NCBI GenBank assembly: GCA_036172245.1
Contig: JAYWIR010000012.1
Location: 186,001-250,000, forward strand
DNA: 64,000 nt
DNA from: Raillietiella orientalis
Taxonomy: Eukaryota
Direction: 5' to 3'
Shown here: positions 25,401-36,000 of the stretch, piece after piece
Numbering within the stretch: the first letter of the stretch is position 1
How the letters are laid out: each line of letters opens with the position of its first letter
The notes under the pieces: generated by a model
The model's input: only the letters and a program-made list of their open reading frames with translations
What the model was told of the DNA's origin: nothing
Databases searched by the model: none
Translations under genes and position numbers: made by a program

Positions 25401-27958
25401 CTCGGTGTCCGGAGGAGTGGTTTCTTCCTAAGTGGTCTCCGGAGCTCGGCGAAAAACAATTGAGCGTCGTCATGGATCCGAGGCGCTGAACTTCGCAGAC
25501 GGTAATGACAGACTCAGGGTGAGAAGCGTGATGTTGGAGAGGAAGAGTACAGTTAGACGTTTGACCGTCCGTACGTGGAGCGACCTCGTGTGTTGTTCCT
25601 CCCAGACGGCCACTCGAGGGAAACTCTGGAACCCCCCCTCCTTTCCCCCCCGTTGCCAAAGCATTCGCTCCCGGCGCTCCTCAGCAGGCGCCTGGCAATT
25701 CGCCGGTGCAGAACGCTTAGAGGCCGCCTATGCTCGAAATGGCGACTTCGAAAGGGAGGAAAATGCTCTGACACTGACCGACGCCGGCTGGCATGCGGAC
25801 TCCGAAGAGAAGTCTTCGAGCTGCCTGATGACTCATTCTGAAGACCCGGGAAGGCGCTTTCTGTGTTGGCACCCGGGGTTGTGTGCCAGCGGAGGAGGGA
25901 CTGTCGGCTCCGCGGAAGACGCCTCTCCGGAAGACTGACAGAGCGAGCCGCTGGGTACCAAGATGCCTGCCCGCAGAAGACTGCTCCCGCGGGATGACAT
26001 TCCAGGGAGGTCGACTCACGAGATCCATCCACCCACATCAGCACTCCGCGTCCGCAGACTCAGAGGCTGCATCCGGATCCTGGACGAGCGTTGCGTGGCA
26101 CTCTGCACGAGAAGGCGGGATGGACGGGAGACCTTGGACCCGAGAGCAGATGTCCGCACGCTCGTGGGAGGCAGAGCGGAGGCAGGGCGGTCGCAACCAC
26201 GAATCGTCCCCGTGGCAACGCTCGGATGCCGCGAGAACCTCCACCTTTCCTGGCGTGGCGTGCTCTAGCAGATCCCAGGAACACCCGAGGAGGAGGAGGG
26301 GGTATTCGGTGACATCAGACAGCCGCCGGAAAACGGGCGGGAGAAACTGACGGGGTGTCTCAGCCCGTCACCCGACCTGACCAGATCAGTGGCCTCAGCG
26401 CGCGCAAACGCACACGCATCCGTCGGCAGTCGTGCCAGCCCGTTGTCGACCTTTTCCGGGACAGCAGGAAGAGCCGTCCCAAGGAGCGTTTCGTTTCGAT
26501 GTCGCGAGAGTGACCAGCGGATGAGGGTGCGGGCGACTTGGCGTCCGGAAAGACTGGCTGAAAGCAGGACGTCTCAGGAGCACACGGGCAGTGGAGAGAC
26601 TGTCCAGCGTCTGGAAGGAATCCAGCAAAGCGAGTCTTCAAGAGAGACTCCAGTGCTCCGACTGCAACTTCCGAGGACTCCACGGCCGGTGCTCGCGAGA
26701 ATGAAGTTCACCTCCGGCATGCATAAGGAAGCGTGCAGGAAACTCTCGCCAGAAAACCCCGGGGTCAACGGAAGGCTCCGGAGCAGCATGGAGCCTCGGA
26801 GCATTTTCTGTTCAGCGGGGAGCGCCTCCGGTTCTCAGGTTATGGAGCTGTCCGGCGCGGCGCAGCTCGACCTTCTGGCCGAGCGGGCGCCGCCCAGCTG
26901 CAGTGGTCTAGGAGGAAGGGCACATCCTTGAAGCTGACGGTCTGGGCTGTGGAGGCTGTCGTGAATGAATGACTCATGAGGAGTTTCCGGCCTCCAGCTG
27001 GCCCACGCCAGGGGGCAGACTCAAAGCCGACGCTACGGGGTGAAGGGGAGGCGACCGTATTGGAGACGTTGCTGGCACCTGTGAACGCCCACCCGACAGC
27101 GTCTCAGGAGGCAAGGCGGAAGGCGGGCTGCTGACTCAACGCTCCGCCTCTCTCTTGCAAGAGCAGCTGCTGGAGCCCGGGAAATGGTGGTACGTGGGAG
27201 GACTGGAAATCTCCAAGGAGCACGAGGGGGGCGCGTCGGAGAGGAGCTGGTGCGCTCGAGCGTGCAGCGTTTCCGGGGTGAGCGGGTTGGAAGCACCGGG
27301 TGGAATCGCCGCCGTCCGCAGTGGCACAAACGGGGGCGGCACGCTGGCGAAAATTCCACGGTGCTGCGAAGAGGGCCCGGCGGTTGAAGGTTCGAATCCC
27401 GATAGCGGTCCTCGAACTCTACGCAGAGGCTGCTCTATCCGCTCACCACCGAATTCACGTCGCAGCAACTGCAGATCTCGAGTCCGCGTTTCTCCCAAGA
27501 TAGGGTAGGAGGCAAGATGCAGTCTTGGAGCTGCCAGGGCCTTCATTCATGAGCGCGCAGGAAACGAGGCACGAGAGTGGGGAGGAACCCAGTGAGACCG
27601 AACCGGGTCAGGGATACATGTGCACATAGCAACGCGGACCCAGAAGCGACAATTTCCTGCGGCTCGATCGGTCCAGCAGGCGGCCGTTCCTGCTGGGAGC
27701 GGGCGGGGAGCGTTCCGGTCCCGCGGCAACCGACGAGACCGGCAGAGAGCGGAAGGGAGGAAACCGAGGAATAGCGAGCCTCCCGGTTTTGAGAGGCCGG
27801 CTCGGGATGCTCACCGAGAAATCAGGGGGCAGGTGGAAAAGATTGCTGAGCTTACTGTTTCTGGCCTCCGCCGGGAGGACGGTCGAATCGTTCTGGCAGC
27901 TGCCGCTGCACACGAGCCAGGCGAGGATCCACCACACGCACGAGTTGTATCTATCCAT
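13461..27958 (-). CDS. Secreted Cys-rich CUB-like domain protein, paralog A (7 exons, 369 aa)
   Basis: Exons 27856-27958, 23859-24005, 23659-23809, 17782-17909, 14064-14177, 13628-13990 and 13461-13564. All introns are GT-AG and phases are consistent (1110 nt). Signal-peptide-like MDRYNSCVWWILAWLVCSG. Motifs GMCALGFGVCC, NNTYY, QYRIDF, IICG, GCLQYH..G.I.SFN, LANQMYSICIR.E.G.C, DRFCG, PFMLYFMTD, GFCLNF. Confidence 0.9.
14403..15492. mobile_element. AT-rich foldback/MITE-like element, copy 2 (intron 4 of paralog A)
   Basis: Left end gaaatacagaaggatcataaaaaacaaaattta resembles the reverse complement of the right end, aaatcccgaaggaacatagaaaataaattta. Spacer is shared with copy 1. Confidence 0.7.
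15500..16800 (-). mobile_element. Highly degenerate non-LTR retrotransposon relic, possibly R4/Dong-like
   Basis: ...HDRNVQ...FPIERLPGNACNVGTWGLVD resembles the post-RT IDRK...ERLY.PR..GGRGL motif. Multiple stops and frameshifts. Confidence 0.3.
17181..17320 (-). mobile_element. Tail-only fragment of the SINE-like element
   Basis: Minus strand reads CCTAACTTGAAGAGTCAACACTCACCCTCGGGTGGCGTGGACGGTGCTTAAAAAGCTTCGTGAGTCCCACCTAAGG. Confidence 0.7.
18024..18077. repeat. Perfect 25-bp inverted repeat with 4-nt loop
   Basis: aaactctccgtcccgcagtccgaag-gacg-cttcggactgcgggacggagagttt. Confidence 0.97.
18215..18550 (+). mobile_element. L1/Tx1-like LINE 3' fragment (antisense within intron 3 of paralog A)
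   Basis: atggccccacctggg...gcttgccagcatcctgga...atgcagaggg, T-rich UTR, ending gataaaat...ccgggtgaaaaaaa. Confidence 0.75.
18720..19250 (-). mobile_element. tRNA-headed SINE-like element (subfamily 2)
   Basis: Minus strand GGCACCACCATGCGTCGCAGGTCCGAATACTCCG...TTCGAGTTCCTCCCGCAAGATGACGCTGG. Body matches the 22.3 kb and 47.7 kb copies. Confidence 0.75.
19932..20490 (-). mobile_element. tRNA-headed SINE-like element (subfamily 1)
   Basis: Head GGCCCGCGTGGGCGGCC...GGGCTCGAATCTCGCCCGGGGAA, core GGATTGGAAGTTGATC, tail CCTGAAGAGTG...GAGCTTCGTGGACCCC. Confidence 0.75.
22050..22870 (-). mobile_element. tRNA-headed SINE-like element (subfamily 2, near full length)
   Basis: Colinear reverse complement of 47245-48080 over about 800 bp. 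Confidence 0.85.
24520..25300 (-). mobile_element. Degenerate Ty3/gypsy-like reverse transcriptase relic
   Basis: Frameshifted pieces in the expected order: RDSVNPLPSI, VMDFG../EPAAFRL...FVVRVCTDE, KIPFL...PHPD...EYPEP..RKGARR. Confidence 0.4.
24841..24882. repeat. Perfect 18-bp inverted repeat with 6-nt loop
   Basis: cggacgagtgtcccagac-agagta-gtctgggacactcgtccg. Confidence 0.97.
25700..26620 (+). mobile_element. DIRS-like retrotransposon relic (RT end, RNase H, methyltransferase-like segment)
   Basis: LTDAGWHADSEEKSS (RT end), AASGSW...RPWTREQ (RNase H-like), and PVVDLFRDSRKSRPKERFVS at 26439 (DIRS MT-like P.VDLFA...RF.S). Confidence 0.5.
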
Positions 27959-29494
27959 GGTCGATCACATGCGCAGATGGATGAAGAGCGGCCGAACTCG
28001 GTGCCCGCAGGACCGGAAGCTTCCGTTTCTCAGGGAGCGGTTCTTCGCGGAGCGCTGGACGGAGGACTCCGGGCCGCTGGAAAAGAGGATCGAATGTTGA
28101 ACTCGGAGCCTTTAAGAAAATCGGATCCTCATGAGAAGGTGAGTCTATGGGTGCGGCGGGAAAGGCCAAACAAAAACACGCACACACCGGCACAAGGCAC
28201 TGACACCGATTCTCAATGCGTGCTCTTGACCAGTAAGGAGAAAAATCTCTTCCGAGGCTCATCATGTTCCCCTGTTGGCACAGAACAGTCCCTCCCCCCC
28301 CCCCCCCTTCTTTCTTCTCCCTCCCCCCCTCCGCTCCTCCCCCTCCCTGCGCCCGTCGTGATCCATGCCATCACGACCAGACGGAACACTTGCGTTTCTT
28401 TCAGGGCAGCACGCTCTCTTTCCCCGCAGGGAGTCCCGAGGAGCCGGGTGCGTTCTCGCGTCGCAGCCTTGCCGCCGCCGCCCCTCCTACCCCGTTACCA
28501 CGGCACCCTCCGTTCGTCCGTCACTTCCTTGGCACCTCCTCACTCGCGCCGGGCGTCCACCGCTCTGAGGGGGCGGCGTGCCCTGCGGTCCGCCTGGAGC
28601 TGCGATGCTCCCGCCGCATCGGAAGCGGGGGCTCGCGGCTTTCCGGAAGCCATCGGCTGCCTGTCTTCTTCTAGGTCCTGTCCTCCTGCGAGAGCGAAGG
28701 GACGCTTTCTCTGCACAGTTCCAGCCGAAGACGTACCAATGAGAAGAAGGACTACCTCTGGCTGTTTGCTTCCAAGGATGCGATGACGACCGCGACATCG
28801 ACAACAAGCTTCACGTGGAACAGGGGCAGGAAGTCTTCTTTACTGCATCCCCGTTGGGGGGGAGAGGGAAATGACGCCTTGGAAAAGATGTCAAAGCTGG
28901 GGAAAGCCCCTGCACCAGCTGCAGTTGAAACGAAGGAAAGGGAAACCGATGGCAGGGATGTTCGTCAAAGAATCGGGAATGGTCCCATTGGTCAAGCGAA
29001 ACGGTGGAAGGCGGGAACGCCACCGGAGAACTGAAAAGGGAATCGAAGACCCCAGAATCCTTCCCACCCCAGAAGGAAACGGGAGCGACTCCGGCTGAAG
29101 GGGATGCTGGCTCAGCAGGTGCAGCTTCTTTCGATGGACTTTATGGGCACATGGAGGAACCTGCTGAAACCCTCAGTCTAAGAAGAATTAAGGCCCCCTC
29201 ACCAGCAGCCATCTCAGTCTCGAACAGAGACGGAATGCCACGGACTTTTTACCGACCGCAAACCGGGCGAAGACGAGAAAGGAACCGCCCCCCCCCCCCC
29301 CCACACACACACAGCGGCATAAGCGAAACACCTCGGCGGGAAAAACGGACCCTCCTCCTTCCGTTCTCTCGCTTCTCCTTTTGCTCCCTTTTTTTCCTTC
29401 CACAAGAGAAGGGTGGACAGTCGTTCAGCCCGGCTTTCTCTGGAAGGCCCCGTAGCGGATGTTGTGAAACTGCGACACGGAACCCTTCGCATGG

Positions 29495-30520
29495 TAATTT
29501 ACCACCCGGTCAGGCCGGGACGTTTATTATAGAATAATAAACATATAGATGTAGGGCCGATGGCCCTACACAGGTCCGAAGATGCTCGGAACCTGCCGAG
29601 TAACCAGCACACATGCCGGCGAGATTCGCCTCCGCAGCAAGGGGGGGAAACAAAAACAAAAATAAATTAAAATCAATAAAAAAAATCCATGGAGGGCACG
29701 GGAAGGGATCACCGGGTGCTAGAGGGCGCCCTCTGCATCCTTTCCAGGATGCCGTCAAGCTCCATCCGAGTATGCCCCAGGTGGGGCCATCTAGCTGCCT
29801 TCCGCAGGAAGCGCAGGACGAAGCAGATGGCGTCCCTATCGCTCCGGCCTCCTCTCGCATAGCTCCAGGCCGCCACAATCCCTCGTAGGCTGCAAAGAGC
29901 TGTTGGGCATGCGGCAGGCGAAAGGGCATCGCGCACGAAGAGGTGCTTTATCACTTCCCTGGGATAGTCCGTGGGTGCACCAAGGACAACCATAGGAGCC
30001 GGAGGGCAACGCAGTCCACAAGCAGGTGCGGGAGGGATTCCCGTTCCCCACACCTGCAACAGTTGATGTCCACAGCCTTCCGGGCTTAGTGGGAGAGGCG
30101 GGAGTTGCACGGGAGACCCCCGTGCAACGGCAGAAGTGCCGACTCCTGCCACTTCAAGGGAAGGGTCCGGTTGTTCTTCAGCACTAGGTCTTCCTGTAGG
30201 ATTCCCAGCAGCTCACCCTAGCGCAATAGTCCTTTCGGAGGGGCACTTGGAGTCGCAGCGTTCGTGAGCTGATCCATGGTCCAACCACCTCGCGTCGTAG
30301 ATGTGTACTGTGGTGTTACTTGCGTTGAGAAGTTTCTTCTAGAAGAGACGCCAGGCGCGAGGTGATTTCAGAACCCGGTCGTGCTAAGGAAGTAGGGTCT
30401 AGGCGGGACGCCTCCCAAAACGGGATTCCACCGGCAGGAAACAGAAGATTCCCGTATTGCCGCGCCACCCTGACAGGAGATCCCAGGAGCATTCCCTACT
30501 CTGCAGAACACCAAACTGGA
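29495..30520 (-). mobile_element. L1/Tx1-like LINE 3' fragment
   Basis: Aligns with 45455-46270. Contains a zinc-knuckle region and ends AATAAA...CCGGGTGG. Confidence 0.8.
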
Positions 30521-30624
30521 CATAGTTGGCACCTATCTATTCTTTTACTTCCTCACACGTATGTTGCTTCAGAGAGCGGCTGACATGGCGCCGAACGTCG
30601 CGGGTTAGAATCCCGCAAGGTAGG

Positions 30625-30990
30625 CTTGTCACCCAGATATGTCGGGGCATTTATGTTTAAATTTCACCATAAAATTTCATAATAAAGTCTATTAAGTTTT
30701 TTCAGGCAGAACACGTGGTTCCGCCTGTCTCGGAGCACTGGTCGTTACCGGCCCGCAGACCAGTGAGGTCCTCTCTGCTGGCGATGGGGAAGAGAAAGCC
30801 ACAAAGAATAAATAAATAAATAAACAAAAACAAAAGGGAAAGACAATGTTTTTCGGGAAGGAGAGGGCAGGGAAGGTATCACAGTTCTCCGCGAGTAGTC
30901 CTCTGCATCCGGGTTTGGATGCGGACAAGTGCTGGTCGTAAAGTTCGTAGCCAGAGCCATCGGAAAGCCTTTTCCATGGAGATGGCCACC
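30625..30990 (-). mobile_element. L1/Tx1-like LINE 3' fragment
   Basis: Same 3' UTR. Minus-strand terminus reads CATAAATGCCCCGACATATCTGGGTGAC. Confidence 0.7.
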
Positions 30991-31004
30991 CAGTGAATGG
31001 CATT

Positions 31005-31205
31005 CCGGCCGGGAGGTGCATCGTGGCTTCGAGATACCCCGCAATATGGCGCTGGTTGGCCTATTTGCGTGCGGCACTGGTGGAAGCCGGGTGCCCCCGT
31101 GGACCGGCCGGGATTGGAAGTTGACGCTCCGGGGTATCCTTCCATGAATCAAAGAGCCGGTTCCCTCCGGAGTTGCTCTTTGGTTGTGAGAATGGGGAAT
31201 GCATC
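31005..31205 (+). mobile_element. SINE-like element core fragment (subfamily 1)
   Basis: ggaagccgggtgcccccgtggaccggccgggattggaagttgac...gccggttccctccggagttgc matches the reverse complement of 11770-11885. Confidence 0.8.
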
Positions 31206-31354
31206 TTTTGGAACCCTCCCCCCCTCCAAAAAAAAAAAAAATGTTTCAGCTGTTCCTGAAAACCAGCTACATTCTGCTGGCATGCGACCGGATCGGTTCG
31301 CATCCAGGCCGGGATCGGTGCGGCTTTTTTTCCAAGATGGGTGAAATTGCTAGT

Positions 31355-31480
31355 AGCAAATCGGGTATTCCTGATTAGCCCTCTGTCCGGCGCGCCCAAA
31401 TTGAAAGGGTGGATGGCGCCCGCCGAGCCGACAAAGCATTGCAAGCAATCCGGCGTGACCTCAAGCACTAGAAAACCACG
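31355..31480 (-). pseudogene. Degenerate duplicate of the acceptor and 5' part of exon 6 of CUB-like paralog B
   Basis: cccgccgagccgacaaagcattgcaagcaatccgg is nearly identical to 33519-33553. Translates PDCLQCFVGSAGAIHPFN versus PDCLQYFVGSAGTIYSFN. Confidence 0.85.
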
Positions 31481-31899
31481 AACTTCCCGAAACCATCCCT
31501 TACCATCCAGGGGAGCTTTTACCACGGGCTTTTTTTTTTTTTTCCCGGAATGCTGAGCCGCGTGCAAACCAAAATCCAGTTAGTCGGGTCTGGTGCGTGG
31601 GCAGTCAAGGTTGCCAGGTTCCCTTTAAGAGTTTTCGTTTACGTAAGAGAAGCATTCGAGCAAGTAATTGCCAGAAATACGGGAGATCGCGCCGTCCGCT
31701 TAACGGAATTCTGGGAAAAAAATTACGTCGTCGGAGGTGCAGTCGGAAAATGCTGACCACATGTGGCAACAAACAGCCGCTAACAACATGCGCGCCGAGT
31801 GTGGCAGCGCACTGTGTCCTCTTGCGCAGGTGGTAGCGATTTGGAGGGAAAAATTGTCTGCCAAACATCAGAAGGGCACTTGGATCTGACGAATCAGAA

Positions 31900-32470
31900 A
31901 ACGGGGATCCATTCGCATTCGCAAGAGTTGACCGAGGTCAACCTGTTTTCGGGTCAACGGAGAGCATATGAAGACGCCGGCGATAATCTCTAAGCGCGGG
32001 TGAAGAAGTTCACTTTCGAGGAATCTGAAGAGATCTTCCAGGATGGGAGAGGTGCGAAGCAAGAAGTCTCCGACGGAGACGATGGTGACCTCGATGGAAG
32101 CGCGCGAATTCGTAGACATTCGTCGGCAAGGCATTCTGCGCCCCACAAACGTGTGTATGGAAGTTTCAGCAAAAGACCACGGTCAGTGCTGCCAGAGTAT
32201 TTCCAGAAGCAATAAAGATGTCTCCGTAGGTGTGATCTTGCATCTGTGGGTAACATGTGGAATTTTTGTTTTCTTTTCGTCGTTTTGTTTTCGTTTTGCC
32301 CTCTACAACCGCTCTGTGACCCTCGTTAACAACAGATTCAGGTGTCAAGTGGATTATCTTTATTTTCTGAACATTACCTTGACGTGGATATACAAACCCG
32401 TTCCCATTAATCCGGAACCGAACCACATATTGTACGTCGGATCCCATGCATCGAAAGCGTGAGCCTTATC
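31900..32470 (+). mobile_element. Possible Penelope-like RT relic
   Basis: EVNLFS, KKFTFE...KQ..G and YLYFLNITLTWIYKP...HILYVGSH resemble the PLE motifs DV.SLFT, NYF.F...Q..G and L.FLD...VYRKPT...YL...S.H. Confidence 0.35.
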
Positions 32471-33030
32471 CTGATCCGAGTCACTTTTCCAAAAAAGCTC
32501 ACCACTGAGACGAATGAGCACTGAAATGAGGATTAAATGGCAGGCCGAGGACTCCAAAGGCAATAACATACACTCTAGCATTACTGTGGAAGTAGATTTC
32601 AGTGGCATAAAAAGAGTGCTTCTTATGGAGTCGGAGCAAGTTTAGTTGCCCTTGGTTTGACATCACCTATAGCTAGGGCCGTTTTAATTTCAATGGTAAT
32701 ATGTACATGTAAGCCTGATGCAGAATTTTAACTCAACCCTGAGCGATAATAGTCTCGAAAATGTCCTATTTAATCCATCAGTTGCACGTGCCGCTGTGGA
32801 ATTATCAGAGCATCTATCATGTGAAATTTTCTTCAGCAGGTAAGCTGAAGAAAATTTAGTGCGGCTATTTCGTGGGTCGTATCCGCGATCACAGATCTGG
32901 CTGTGTGCCGTGGATCGAGGGCACTTTTTCGCTCATTACACGCAAATCGTGAATAAGTGATCACTCCGATGCGTGCACAAAGCAACTTTATTTCTTGAGA
33001 GACGGACGGGTCAGCTTCCTGCACGACAAA

Positions 33031-36000
33031 CTACACGCACGGGTACTGCTTATAATGGAGGCAGAATCCCTGGTGATTCTCGTCCATCTCTTCTGCATCA
33101 TCCGTGAAAAACCGCAGGATGAAGGGTTTCCTTGAAGCTAATGAGATCACACCCACCCTCACTTCAGTTTTCGGGGGAAAGGGGGCACTCACTGCAAACT
33201 TGGGGGTATACAGAGCCTTCCACGGTAAGTTTCAAGAGTCCTCCGCAGAAGCGCCCTCCCGAGCAAGAGCTGCTCTTCCTCACCGTCTCCAAGGTGTCGC
33301 CGCATGGAATCATCAGGAAATCCTTGTTGCATTTCATGTTGCCTTGCTCTCTGTCGCTGATGGCCACACTTCCGTTCCCACTCAAGGAAAAACCGTTCAC
33401 TTCGCATTGCTCGTAGCAGATGTAGCAGTAGCCTATCTCTTGCCTGATGCAAATGGAATACTTCTGGTTAGCCAGGTGGTGGCCATTGGACGGCATCCAG
33501 TTGAAAGAGTAGATGGTTCCCGCCGAGCCGACAAAGTATTGCAAGCAATCCGGGCAACCTTAAGCACCAGAAAATCGGATCACATGGGCACAATACTTCC
33601 TGAAATCATTCCTTAGCATCCTTGGACTTTTTCCCAGCGCTTGAAATGCGGTCCTTCGCAAGCAGAAATAAAAAAGGAAGAGCAAAGAGAAGCGAGAGGC
33701 AGCGACTTGCCCTGATACAGCCCTCGTACAGCGCGGTGAATCAGCCCCGTGAGAAGCTGCGGACAAATGTGGCTCAGCTGCGACCGAAGTAGTAGGTTGG
33801 CCTTATTCAGATTTTCGGAGTAGATCAGCGCAAGAAGATGCCTTTTTCAGCAGCAGGAGCGACAGAGCTGAGGCGATAGAATTGTCTATATCGTGTAAAT
33901 ATCAACAAAACTTCCGTTTTTTTTTCTACTTTCGGCGGAATGAATGCACACTTTCGATTTTTTTTTTTTTTTTTGCTCTTTGCCTCAAAGTGAAACAAGA
34001 AACACTTTAATGTTATGCCGCTTGAGATACATTTTCTGTCCCTTATAAATACTATTGTATCATGCATGGCTCGTACGAGGCAGAAGGTGTAGCTTGAGCA
34101 ACACGGGGCCTGCTGTGCACGATGGCTGCGGTGACCCAAGTTACTCTTCGGACAACGCGCGGTGGCTCCAAGGGCTACGCGGTCCAGACACTCAGGTCCG
34201 TGAGCGACTTCTCTCGCCAATGAGAGAACGGATCTGTTTCGTAAAAGTTAACGGATCGGTTGGCTTTCGTACCATACGTCGATAGAATTACATTCACGAC
34301 TGCGTTCCCGTCCGCTTATGTAGCCCGGAACTTCCAGTATCTGAAAACCGGGGAGTTTGCTTGGATCCCGTACATTCGTACTTCCTTAGAGCAACTGGTC
34401 ACCCCATTCTGAAGGGAATCAATCTCTTCCTCAACGACCGAGTCCCGTGCTTGGCGTGAGGTTTCCGTGTAACGCAGGCCGAGGGAGGGATGCGATCAAC
34501 GCGATCCGGAAATGCGAGCCAAGCGACTTGAGACCGGGCAATCCTGGAGTCCGGTCTGGAGGAGTGACCTCACGCGCGCGCGCGGTCGGCACGGCGCCCA
34601 GCAACGCGATCAGGAAATGCGGAGCACAACCTCCCCTGCTTTCAGGAACAACAAGCTTCTGTTCGCTTGGTGAGTGTTAAAGAGTGCCTGTGAACGAGAA
34701 CAGCTGCTCTCGAACCGGGGGATCCTCGTGGCTCGCATGCTAGAATATTGCGGGGAAGGGAGTTTGGAAACATCGAATCATACCAAAATAGGAGGAATAA
34801 TGCGAGTATTGGAAGACTCTGAAGTACCACTCTCGATGTGACTCCATCGTACCGATGATTAGCAAGACCAAAGATATCTCATCCGAGTCTGGTCCGGAGT
34901 GCACGTACACTGCCGACGACATTGACGATCATTAGAGCCACCATCCCGGCTTCGCATTGAGATGGTACTTACGGTGCTGATCTCTGCTTTCTCCGCAGAT
35001 GACCGGCAGTTCCATGGAAGAAGAGGTAGCCCTCACAGTAAAGGCGTCTGAGTTGCACACAGATTGCGAGTCAGGGGGCCTCAAAACAAGCACCTTGATG
35101 TCGACTCTGTAAAACACCCGGAAGGATTTACAGACTTTGGAAAGCCTGATGGAATCGGAAACTCAAGTCGATCAGTAGAATCAAGAAGAAGCACAAAAAT
35201 TCTGAACGCATCGTTATCGTTCTAAATGCAAACAGAAAAGCTATCTATAGAGGACTTCCAAATCGGAATTTTGGATATTCCATCTCAGGGAGGGTCCGGT
35301 GGAAAATTCATGATTTCTTTTCCATGTGGTTGCTGTTGAAGGCTCTCGAGAGAATGTTCCAGATCAAATTAGCACAAGGATCACTAATGGATACGGAAAA
35401 CAGAGCGTGAGTGCTTTGGTCTGTTCTTTTGCTTCTGTATCAAAGCTCCTAGACTTGGTAAGAGGTTGCGGTAATTTCCATAAGGCAGCTTTGAATTTCC
35501 AGATTTAAAATGCAGCATCTCATCTCGCTCGTCTGGATGGAGCGGCTTGATAATAGAATAATTCTGCAGTATGAAATCTTTGGTTACTTTTCCTAGGGTT
35601 CTTAAAATGTTGGTGCTCTTGAAATGAATACCCAACTCAAGAGGAGTAAAGCATCCGCATAGTGTAGGAGTGTTGAGTTGACCAGATGGGGAAGCTGAGA
35701 AATCAGTGTGAAAGGTGGTTCCAAGAATTTCCTGCATAAAATTTACAATTGTAGCACAGGTCGAATGAAATGTGTTTCGATATGAGACACCACAATGCAA
35801 ACACATGTATGTGCCTCGACAAGTTACACCTAATCAAGGTCCAGTGAAATTAAAAAGTGCGAGAGTAAAAAAAGAATTAAAGAAAGAAAGACAGCCAAGT
35901 GATTCAGCAGCTATGCTTTTCAGTCTCGCAAGTTTCTCCAAGAATTTTTCTTTTCTTCTCAGGAGGGCTTAATTAAGCACCGCACTTCACAGCTGTGATT

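Noticed and set aside
27620..28786. 388-aa + strand ORF
   Set aside because: It is antisense to paralog A exon 1, runs through C-rich low-complexity DNA and has no motifs; such ORFs are expected in GC-rich sequence.
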